Assembly (NCBI GenBank): GCA_003671185.1
Contig: QWPN01000032.1
Span: 15,805 to 79,804 of the forward strand
DNA length: 64,000 bases
Direction of reading: 5' to 3'
Source of the DNA: Planctomycetota bacterium
GTDB taxonomy: Bacteria > Planctomycetota > Planctomycetia > Pirellulales > UBA1268
Part shown: positions 36,908 through 44,813 of the stretch, piece by piece
Layout of the letters: each line of letters opens with the position of its first letter
Position numbering within the stretch: position 1 is the first letter of the stretch
Translations under genes and position numbers: made by a program
The notes under the pieces: model-generated
Database searches by the model: none
What the model saw: only the letters and a program-made list of their open reading frames with translations
What the model was told of the DNA's origin: nothing

Positions 36908-36935
36908 TTGACTCGACCGGGGAAACCTTTACAGT
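36908..36935 (+). promoter_or_regulatory. Putative sigma70-like promoter of the orphan csrA
   Basis: TTGACT-16 nt-TACAGT, about 65 nt upstream of ATG 37002. Confidence 0.35.
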
Positions 36936-37001
36936 TAAGGGGTTTGACGAAAGATGCGCGAGGTCGCAAAAAGCGGATCGCGCCACGCCAAGGAATGGCT
37001 C

Positions 37002-37259
37002 ATGCTCGTGCTGTCGCGGAAAAAAGACGAGAGCATCGTCATCAACAACGACATCACTATCGTCGTCGTGGAAATCCGCGGCGACAAGGTGAGGCTCGGC
37101 GTTGAGGCGCCCAAGGAAGTGCCTGTGCACCGACGTGAGGTGTATGAGGCGATCGCGCGGGGTGACGCGGCGGACGTGCCGTCCGTCTCGTCGGCCGCCG
37201 CTGGCGATGACCTGGGAAACGCGGCGGTGCCGCCACAGGGCGGTGCCGACGCTGGCTAA
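37002..37259 (+). CDS. csrA: Carbon storage regulator CsrA (copy 2, orphan)
   Basis: ATG at 37002 within ORF 36954..37259, with SD AAGGAA. Sequence MLVLSRKKDESIVINNDITIVVVEIRGDKVRLGVEAPKEVPVHRREVYEAI. The C-terminal tail is unrelated to that of copy 1. Confidence 0.9.
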   Translation: MLVLSRKKDESIVINNDITIVVVEIRGDKVRLGVEAPKEVPVHRREVYEAIARGDAADVPSVSSAAAGDDLGNAAVPPQGGADAG

Positions 37260-37477
37260 CTGTCCGCGGGACAGGCAGTGGCGACATGTTCGCCGCCCGG
37301 TCGATCCCGGGCCGAACCGCAGGTGTTCTTGCACCGGCGGTCCCCGCATCATGCGACGAATAGCTCGTTCCACGGTCTGTTTGGACGGCCGATGAACGGC
37401 AGCCTTCCGCGCCCGGCCGTTACGCGGTAACCTTGAGGACGGTTTCCCTTGATGTCGCGCTCGACGGCCGGCGTCTC

Positions 37478-37550
37478 GGCCCCATCGTCTAGAGGCCTAG
37501 GACATCGCCCTTTCACGGCGGTAACCGGGGTTCGAATCCCCGTGGGGTCA
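37478..37550 (+). tRNA. tRNA-Glu (anticodon UUC)
   Basis: 73-nt cloverleaf: acceptor stem GGCCCCA/TGGGGTC plus discriminator A, D-arm GTCTAGAGGCCTAGGAC, anticodon loop CTTTCAC, and T-arm GGGGTTCGAATCCCC. CCA is not encoded. Confidence 0.95.
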
Positions 37551-37579
37551 TAGCTCCGGCGGCCGCCCGAGCTCTCAAC

Positions 37580-38671
37580 ATGCCGGAATTGCCTCCCATC
37601 GAAACTCCAGCGGACTCCCGGCACCCGGTCTACGATGCCGTTCTGCTGGTGTCGTTCGGCGGACCTGATGGCCCGGAGGACGTGCTTCCGTTCTTGGAAA
37701 ACGTGCTGCGCGGCCGCAACGTGCCCCGCGAGCGCATGCTCGAGGTGGCCGAGCACTACAACCACTTTGGCGGCAGGAGCCCGATCAACGAGCAGAACCT
37801 GGCGCTGCTGGCCGCCCTGCGGGCCGAACTCGAGCGCCGAGGCCCGCGACTGCCCGTCTATTGGGGTAATCGCAACTGGCATCCGCTGCTCACCGACACG
37901 CTCCGCGAGATGGCGGATGCCGGCGTGAAACGGGCCATCGCCTTCGTGACCAGCGGCTTCAGCAGCTACTCCGGCTGCCGGCAGTACCGGGAAAACATCG
38001 CGGCCGCCCGCGAGGCGGTGGGCGAGCGGGCTCCCCAGGTCGACAAGATCCGCGTGTTCTTCAATCACCCGGGGTTCGTGGGGCCGATGGCCGCCAACCT
38101 GCGCCAGGCGCTCGAGCATTTTCCCGCTGCCGACCGCGCGGCCGTGCCGGTGTTGTTCACGGCCCACAGCATTCCCTCTTCGATGTCGGATGGCTGCCGC
38201 TACGTCGCCCAATTGCAGGAATCCTGCCGCTTGGTCGCCGCCGAGGCAGGTGTGACGCACTGGCAACTCGTCTACCAGAGCCGCAGCGGTCCACCCTCGC
38301 AACCATGGCTCGAGCCCGACGTCGGCGATGCGATCCGCGATCTGCACGCACGCGGCGTGAGGCAACTGGTCGTGGCTCCGATCGGATTCATCTCCGACCA
38401 CATGGAGGTGCTCTACGATCTCGACACGGAGGCCGCCGACCTGTGTCGAGACCTCGGCGTCGACATGAAGCGTGCCGCCACCGTGGGCACGGACCCGGAG
38501 TTCGTGGCCATGGTCCGCGACCTGATCGCGGAACGGGCCTGGGATCTGCCCAATCGCGTCGCCATCGGCACCCTGCCCGCCAACCACGACGTCTGCCCGG
38601 TCGACTGCTGTCCGGCACCGCAGCGGCCCACGCTGCCGGCCGCCGGCCGCCCCGGGGGACCGCCCGGCTGA
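37580..38671 (+). CDS. hemH: Ferrochelatase
   Basis: Motifs AVLLVSFGGPDGPEDVLPFLENV, YWGNRNWHP, FTAHSIP and IGFISDHMEVLYDLD. Confidence 0.9.
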   Translation: MPELPPIETPADSRHPVYDAVLLVSFGGPDGPEDVLPFLENVLRGRNVPRERMLEVAEHYNHFGGRSPINEQNLALLAALRAELERRGPRLPVYWGNRNWHPLLTDTLREMADAGVKRAIAFVTSGFSSYSGCRQYRENIAAAREAVGERAPQVDKIRVFFNHPGFVGPMAANLRQALEHFPAADRAAVPVLFTAHSIPSSMSDGCRYVAQLQESCRLVAAEAGVTHWQLVYQSRSGPPSQPWLEPDVGDAIRDLHARGVRQLVVAPIGFISDHMEVLYDLDTEAADLCRDLGVDMKRAATVGTDPEFVAMVRDLIAERAWDLPNRVAIGTLPANHDVCPVDCCPAPQRPTLPAAGRPGGPPG

Positions 38672-38698
38672 CCGTCGCTGGCCCGAGGAGTTCGCACC

Positions 38699-39364
38699 AT
38701 GCCCAGCGCCCGTGACGACGCCGGCAGCCGGCCCATCCGTGCCGGCGAACGCGCGGCCCTCGTGCATGGGTATCTGGCCAACACCTTCATGCTCGCGGTG
38801 CTGGGCCGACGACTCCGTGACCACGGCTTCACGACCAGCACCTGGGGCTACTGGAACATCCGCTGTTCGTTGCTCGTACACGCCGAGCGGTTTGCCCGCG
38901 AATTGCAGGTGCTCGATGCCGATCCTCGGATCGACCGGTTGCATCTCGTCACGCACAGCATGGGGGGCATCATCGCCCGGGCTGCCCTCGCCCGCTACAG
39001 GCCGAAGAAGTTGGGGCGATTCGTCATGCTGGCACCGCCCAATCGTGGCTCGTTCGTGGCCACGGCGGCCGCCAGCACCGTGGGGCGCGTGCTCAAACCG
39101 GTCGCTGAACTTTCCACCAGCGACACGAGCCTGGTGAATTCGCTGCCCATGCCGGAAGGTGTGGACATCGGCGTGATCGCCGCCGAATACGACGCCCTCA
39201 TCGACGCGGACAGCACCCGGCCCGACGTGCCGCACGAGCACGTCACGCTCTCCACCTGGCACACGGGACTCCTGTTCCGCCGCGAGACGGCCGATCTCGC
39301 GGCCGCGTTTCTCTCCAGCGGGCGGTTCCCTGCCGAGTCCGTGCCCGCCGGCGAAGCGAGATGA
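38699..39364 (+). CDS. Alpha/beta-hydrolase (lipase/esterase-like)
   Basis: GAGGAG SD. Nucleophile elbow HLVTHSMGG. LVHGY lies near the N-terminus. Confidence 0.7.
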   Translation: MPSARDDAGSRPIRAGERAALVHGYLANTFMLAVLGRRLRDHGFTTSTWGYWNIRCSLLVHAERFARELQVLDADPRIDRLHLVTHSMGGIIARAALARYRPKKLGRFVMLAPPNRGSFVATAAASTVGRVLKPVAELSTSDTSLVNSLPMPEGVDIGVIAAEYDALIDADSTRPDVPHEHVTLSTWHTGLLFRRETADLAAAFLSSGRFPAESVPAGEAR

Positions 39365-39370
39365 CCCACG

Positions 39371-40360
39371 ATGGACCTCACGCCCCGGTCGCTCGGCACC
39401 TCGCCCGTTTCCATAGGACCGTTGGGGCTGGGCTGTTGGCCGCTGGCAGGAATGACCAGGGAGGGCGTCACGGCCGAGGCCGCCGTGGCCACCGTCCGCG
39501 CGGCTGTTGACGCCGGCGTCGCCCATCTCGACACGGCTTACTGCTATGGCGAGCACGGTGAGAGCGAGCGGGCCATTCAGGCCGCCGTGGGCGGCCGACG
39601 CGACCGCGTGGTGATCGCCGGCAAGTGCGGGATCCACTGGGAGAAGGACACCACCAAGACACCACCGCGCCGACAGGTGGTCGACGGCCGTCCGGAACGG
39701 ATCCGCGCCCAGGTGGCCGAGAGCCTGGCCCGGCTCGGCACCGACCATCTCGATCTGCTCTACCTGCACGCTCCGGACCCGGCCATCCCGATCGAGGAGT
39801 CGGCGGGCGAGTTACAGCGGTTGCTCGATGCAGGGCAGGCACGAGCCATCGGGCTCTCCAACGCCTCCACACCGCTCCTCGCCCGGTTCGCCGCCGAGTG
39901 CCCGCTGCACGCCTGCCAGATGCACTTCAACATGCTGCAGCGGGAGATCGAGGCCGAGGTGCTGCCCTGGTGCCGGTCCCGGGGCGTGGCCATGGTCGTG
40001 TACTGGCCGCTTATGAAGGGGCTGCTGGCGGGCACCATGGAGCGAAACCGCGTCTTTCCGGCGAGCGACAGCCGCCACAAGTACCCGATGTTCCAGGGGC
40101 TCGAGTTCGCCAGGAACCTCGATTTCGTCGAGTCTCTGCGGCCCGTCGCCGAGAGGTTGGGCCACACCCTTCCGGATCTGGTGCTGGCCTGGACGGCGGA
40201 GCAGCCCGGTATCACGGGCGTGCTGTTCGGTGCCACCAGTCCGGAACAGGTGTGCGAGAACGCCCGTGCCCTGGCCTGTGATCTGGACGACGAAGCCCGC
40301 ACTGCGATCAGAGCCGCGATCGCGGCCCGCGGGCAGGTTGCCAGCGGCCGCGCGGTCTGA
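39371..40360 (+). CDS. Aldo/keto reductase
   Basis: Motifs LGLGCWPL, HLDTAYCYGEHGESE, DLLYLHAPD and IGLSN. Confidence 0.9.
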   Translation: MDLTPRSLGTSPVSIGPLGLGCWPLAGMTREGVTAEAAVATVRAAVDAGVAHLDTAYCYGEHGESERAIQAAVGGRRDRVVIAGKCGIHWEKDTTKTPPRRQVVDGRPERIRAQVAESLARLGTDHLDLLYLHAPDPAIPIEESAGELQRLLDAGQARAIGLSNASTPLLARFAAECPLHACQMHFNMLQREIEAEVLPWCRSRGVAMVVYWPLMKGLLAGTMERNRVFPASDSRHKYPMFQGLEFARNLDFVESLRPVAERLGHTLPDLVLAWTAEQPGITGVLFGATSPEQVCENARALACDLDDEARTAIRAAIAARGQVASGRAV

Positions 40361-40427
40361 CATCCCGGCCCGGTCCTGCCGGCAGATGGGCGCTGACACG
40401 GCCATCCTGTCTCGCCCGGGGCACCGC

Positions 40428-40943
40428 TCAGGAACCGGGCTTCGCGCCGCCACCTGGAAAAAAGTTGAACGCCTGGGCACTGGCCGCCTGCGCCGCCGCC
40501 ACGGCGGCGGCCAGTTCGGCGACGTCGCGCACCGTGACCCAATCGAGGAGCCCGTCGCGCCACACCAGTTCCTCGGGACCGACGTCACCACTCGCCACGA
40601 GCTGCTGGAGCGTCCCCGTGTCTGCCGTCGTCTCCTGCTGGGCCCCGTGCACCGTGTAATGCCACACGAAACCGTCGTTCACCGGGGCTGGAGCCGCGGC
40701 CGGCGTGGCGCTGGTGGTCGTGGTGGACGGCGCGGGTGCGGCGACGGCTGCCCCGACGATGTCCGGGCAGTCGGCCAGCGGCACCCAACTCTGACGATCC
40801 GTCGAAACCTTGTCCGATCGGGCCGCCCTGCCTCGATGCAGCATGCCCCGCAGTTGCTGTGCACTGAAGGGGCCGCTGATCTTGGTCTGCTGTCGCAGGT
40901 AGTACATGTTCACGGCGAGCCTCCGGCCCGCCCTCCCGGTCAT
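40428..40943 (-). CDS. Double GYF_2(DUF4339)-like domain protein (array B, gene 5)
   Basis: The ATG at 40943 forms an ATGA overlap with the upstream stop; an alternative ATG is at 40907 (MYYLRQQ...). There are two repeats of the pattern [WY]-Y-x-n-G-x-n-L-x-n-W-V-x-V/L: MYYLRQQTKISGPFSAQQLRGML...QSWVPLADCPDI and WHYTVHGAQQ...LQQLVASGDVGPEELVWRDGLLDWVTVRDVAEL. Confidence 0.6.
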   Translation of the reverse strand: MTGRAGRRLAVNMYYLRQQTKISGPFSAQQLRGMLHRGRAARSDKVSTDRQSWVPLADCPDIVGAAVAAPAPSTTTTSATPAAAPAPVNDGFVWHYTVHGAQQETTADTGTLQQLVASGDVGPEELVWRDGLLDWVTVRDVAELAAAVAAAQAASAQAFNFFPGGGAKPGS

Positions 40944-42943
40944 TGTGTCGGCGATTGCAACATCACTTCGATCTCGTGGATCGCCGCCACCTCGTCGGGC
41001 GCCACACGACGCCGCACACTGCCGCCCAGCAGCGCATCCACCGTCGCACACTTGTCCATGGAGGCCTTGTCCCGCAGCGAATGGAGTCGCTGGAGGAGGC
41101 TCCTGGCGCGCTGTGCGTCCTTGCCGGCCAACGCCGCGTCGGCCTCGCCGCGAATCGTGGCCAGTTCCTCCTTGAAGGCCTGTGTGGCGGCCTCGCGGAA
41201 CTCGTTCTCGAGTTCCTTTTGCGCGTCGCCTCCGGCCACGATTTCACTCTCTTCCTTCTTCAGCGCATGGCGTGACTCGACGCAGTCTTCCGGCGGTACC
41301 TTGGCGGCACGGTCGCCCTGTCCCACGCGATGGCCCGGGTCACCACCCAGCGATCGCGCTACGCGCCACGCCTTGGCCGCGGCCGGCACGTCGTCCGGCC
41401 AGGCTTCGAGCCGCTGCAGTCCCGTGCGTTCCGTGAGCTTTCGTCTCGCCGTCTCCACGTTGGCGGCATGACGTGCCAACGCTTCCTGCACCTGCCCGCG
41501 CCGTTCACGTTCCTCGTCGACGGCGACACCGATTTCCTCGATCAACAGCGCGATTTTCTCATCCGCCGCATACGCGGACGCGACCTCGGCCACGAACTTC
41601 GGCGGTTCCACGAAATTGCCCGCCTGCGCCTGATGAAGGGTTTTTTCCAACCTCGCCCTGTCTTTCTCCAATTGCTGCGAACGTCGAGCCCCGAACATGA
41701 ACAGCCCGATCGCCAGGACCGCCATCACCACCCCGGCCACGACGGCTCCGAGCAGCATCGTGTGCCGGCGGGCTCCTCGGGCCCGCACCTCGGCCAGAGC
41801 CTCCTCGACGCGGACACGGAGCGGCTCCGGGTAGGCCAGGTCCGGCACTTCTTGGCACAGCCTCGCCACCTCGTCCTGCCGTTCGGCCACACTGTCGAGC
41901 CAGGCCGTCTCCACCTTCCAGTGCGGGAGCCGCTCGACGTGCTGCTCCAGTTGTTCGCAGGCATGCGCAAACCGGCTCGCCGTGTCGTCCCTCGTGTCCT
42001 GCTCGCCAAGCCAGTCGAGCACCGGCTGTGTTCGCGCCGGGAGCACGTCGAACCGGCCGAACAGCCCCTCGTCGCGGACGAGGGCGGCGACGTTGGGACT
42101 CTCGGCAAGCGCGGCACGGCAGCCGGCGGCTTCGTCGCGGGTCTCCTCCCAGCGCTGCCGCAACCGTCTGGCCTCGTCCACCATCTCCAGGGTGGGCGGC
42201 TGCAGCACCGCCCTGGCATACCAGGCCTCGAGCGCCGCGGCCGCTGCCTCGCCCTCGGTCACCACGTCCCGCAGCCGCAACCAGGCATCGGCTCCCCGAG
42301 TGGCACGCACGTATTCCTTGGGCACCGGCACCGTCCATCCGCTGGCCGTCAGTTCGTCGTGCAAGGTGGCTATGGCCGCGGGGTCGCGGGCCGCCAGCGC
42401 CTGCCGCACGGCGTCTTTCAGCTCCCCATGACGCACCTGTTCGTGGGCCGCGATCAACTCAGCCCACACCGGCTTCGTGGGATCGAGTTCGCCGAGCTTC
42501 CGCAGCACCGCCAGCCGCCGACCGAGCGGCGCCCGTTCGAGGGTCATGCGCCGCAACTTGTCCAGGGTTCGGCTCAACGGCTCGAGTTCCGAGTGCGCCG
42601 ATTCCAACGCCGAGAGCGTGTCGAAATCGACCGCCGGCGGCGGACCGATGCCCTCGCTGGCGAAGTATTGCTCGACCTGGGGCCACGTAGCTCGGTCCTG
42701 GAGATTGAGCCGGGCGGCGAGCGCCGGAAACTCGGGGTCGTGCAACGCGATGGCCTCGTCGCGAAGGCCCTCGAACAGCAATGCCTCCACCTCCCCCAGC
42801 GCGGCGTTGACCGCGTCGACCGTCTCGTGCAGGTTGGGGAGCAGGTCCCGGATCGCCACCAGCCCCTGCTCGTCGTGCCGCGCCATGGCGGTATCGATCG
42901 CGTTGACGAGCTTGGATAGGTCCTGGAGTCGCGTGAACGGCAT
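40940..42943 (-). CDS. Hypothetical all-helical protein with one central TM helix (array B, gene 4; 667 aa)
   Basis: GAGGAA SD. The sequence is predicted helical/coiled-coil-rich (by eye), with the TM helix MLLGAVVAGVVMAVLAIGLFMF at about aa 395-416. No known motif. Confidence 0.65.
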   Translation of the reverse strand: MPFTRLQDLSKLVNAIDTAMARHDEQGLVAIRDLLPNLHETVDAVNAALGEVEALLFEGLRDEAIALHDPEFPALAARLNLQDRATWPQVEQYFASEGIGPPPAVDFDTLSALESAHSELEPLSRTLDKLRRMTLERAPLGRRLAVLRKLGELDPTKPVWAELIAAHEQVRHGELKDAVRQALAARDPAAIATLHDELTASGWTVPVPKEYVRATRGADAWLRLRDVVTEGEAAAAALEAWYARAVLQPPTLEMVDEARRLRQRWEETRDEAAGCRAALAESPNVAALVRDEGLFGRFDVLPARTQPVLDWLGEQDTRDDTASRFAHACEQLEQHVERLPHWKVETAWLDSVAERQDEVARLCQEVPDLAYPEPLRVRVEEALAEVRARGARRHTMLLGAVVAGVVMAVLAIGLFMFGARRSQQLEKDRARLEKTLHQAQAGNFVEPPKFVAEVASAYAADEKIALLIEEIGVAVDEERERRGQVQEALARHAANVETARRKLTERTGLQRLEAWPDDVPAAAKAWRVARSLGGDPGHRVGQGDRAAKVPPEDCVESRHALKKEESEIVAGGDAQKELENEFREAATQAFKEELATIRGEADAALAGKDAQRARSLLQRLHSLRDKASMDKCATVDALLGGSVRRRVAPDEVAAIHEIEVMLQSPTQ

Positions 42944-42958
42944 GATCTCGGTTCCTCG

Positions 42959-44797
42959 CTAACGCGGCGCCGCGCCGGATGCATCGTCGGCCGCGGCAGT
43001 GGTGTGGGATCGGTGCCGCGCGAACGACACGAGCACGCTGCGGCCGATTCCGGGAAAACTTGCGCCCAGGTCACCGCTGAACGCTGCATCGCCGGCTCCG
43101 ATATCCTTCAAGAGCTGCTGGGCGGCCCGCTTGCCGTCCGGAACGGCGTCCAGTTCCTCGAGCATGCAGCAGAGGGCGACTTCGGTCGCCTCCTCCCGGT
43201 GTGCAGCCAGATCAGCCTGCAGGTGGCTCCAGTATGCACTGGTATCGGCATGTCCGTCCGCGATCTCCCGTCGTCCGTCGGCGCTCGCCTGCCAGGCCCG
43301 ATATCCGGGCGTTTCCCGCAGCAGCTCCCTGAACCTATCCTTCCACATGGCCAATGGGAGCGCCTCCTCGGGGCTCAATTTCTGCAGGCACTCGTGCAGT
43401 GCCCGCGGCGCTCCCGGCACCTGCAAGCGGTAACGCCGCACGACGTCGGCGAACTGCGCGATGGCGCCGATACCCGCTCGGTCGGCTTGGGGAACCCGGG
43501 CCTGCACCACGTCTGCGAATGCGTGCGGTTCGGGAAGCACAGCCAGCCCCGACCGCTCTTGGCCCGCATTTTGGACGTCCGCCAGACGGCGATACGAGTC
43601 CCAGGGATCGAGCACCCGAGACGAAGTCAGCCTGAACGGAAGTTCGAGCCGCTCACCGGACGAGAGCGGACCGCTCGGCCCCAGCGTCAGCGTGGTCTCC
43701 ATGAACGGCTGGCCCGTGGCGCCGGCCCACGCCCAGAGCAACGTGCATCCGGGCGGTTCGGCGCCGGGCTGGAGCCGTCCGGCATGGGGCGAAGCCGACG
43801 ATGACGAAGAGCCGCACGTCCCGTCGAGCCTCAGATCGACCACCCAGGGGCTGACCGGCACCTCGACGTGCAACAGGGGCTTCCCGCCGGCGGACGCGTC
43901 CACACGCAACGCCTCATCAAAAAAGAATCGCTTCACGTGCAGGGGACCGTGCTCGACGGGACGGCCCAATTGGACGTGGGTTTCCTGCCCCTCATGTCCT
44001 GCCGCGGAGATGGCGATCACCGTGCTGGCCAGCGCCTCCCGGGCCCGCCACTGCTCGACGTGCCCCGGCACAGTGACCGACTCGCGGACGTCGATCCACG
44101 CCGTCAGCATGCCACGCTCCACGGCGGCACCACCGCAACGCCGATCGCGGCCCGCCGTGACGCTCACAAACGTCCAGGACTGGTCGCCGTCGGGTCGGCA
44201 TTCGAGCACCGAAGGCGGACCGTCCGGGAGCAACTGCACCTTTTCGGCCGGGAGCCGCAGCGAGATGGGCACGTTGCCCACGGTGCACAGTTCCCCGCGC
44301 TGCCGCCGCGGATCACCGCCGTCGAGCCCCTGCAGCGGAAGGTGGCGGTTGTGCTGCAGTTCGGTGCCGATGGCAGCAAAATGCGAGACCGCCGCCGGTG
44401 CGGCACGCCGGCCATCGCCATCGGCACGCCGGCCGTCGCCTTCGGCGTGGGCGGCCGTGCCGTGAGACCGCATGGTGGAGCCGGCCCGGGAGCGTTTCGG
44501 GGCCCCCGCCGACATGTCGGTGCCGATCACCAGCGCGGCGATGCCACCGGCCACGAGACAACCGGCCACCGCCGCCAGGGCGAAGATGGTCTCGTTGCGA
44601 CGCATCTTTCGCCACTTTCGCGGCCGGGACAAACTCGCAGTTACCGCGTTCTGCTCGGCGGCAGTGGCGGCGGCAGCGGCGGCCGCCGGGGCGATTGCCG
44701 GCGGACGGACCGGTGCTCGACCTGGCACGGGCGCGGGCCGAGACGCCCCCGGTAGCGAGGGCGGCTTTGGCGGTGGCGGTGGATCCCGAAACGGCAT
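42959..44797 (-). CDS. Hypothetical Pro-rich single-pass TM protein, paralogue of the C-terminal half of the upstream gene (array B, gene 3; 612 aa)
   Basis: N-terminus MPFRDPPPPPKPPSLPG and TM helix IFALAAVAGCLVAGGIAALVI. The ~500-aa C-terminal region aligns by eye with 44814..~46350 (HLPLQGLDGG/HLPIQGLDSG; THVQLGRPVEHGPLHVKRFFFDEALR/THVQLCRPTAGGPIVVEQFFFDDKLR; AYWSHL...VALCC[ML]LEELD). Confidence 0.7.
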   Translation of the reverse strand: MPFRDPPPPPKPPSLPGASRPAPVPGRAPVRPPAIAPAAAAAAATAAEQNAVTASLSRPRKWRKMRRNETIFALAAVAGCLVAGGIAALVIGTDMSAGAPKRSRAGSTMRSHGTAAHAEGDGRRADGDGRRAAPAAVSHFAAIGTELQHNRHLPLQGLDGGDPRRQRGELCTVGNVPISLRLPAEKVQLLPDGPPSVLECRPDGDQSWTFVSVTAGRDRRCGGAAVERGMLTAWIDVRESVTVPGHVEQWRAREALASTVIAISAAGHEGQETHVQLGRPVEHGPLHVKRFFFDEALRVDASAGGKPLLHVEVPVSPWVVDLRLDGTCGSSSSSASPHAGRLQPGAEPPGCTLLWAWAGATGQPFMETTLTLGPSGPLSSGERLELPFRLTSSRVLDPWDSYRRLADVQNAGQERSGLAVLPEPHAFADVVQARVPQADRAGIGAIAQFADVVRRYRLQVPGAPRALHECLQKLSPEEALPLAMWKDRFRELLRETPGYRAWQASADGRREIADGHADTSAYWSHLQADLAAHREEATEVALCCMLEELDAVPDGKRAAQQLLKDIGAGDAAFSGDLGASFPGIGRSVLVSFARHRSHTTAAADDASGAAPR

Positions 44798-44813
44798 GGA
44801 ACGAATCCTGTCC

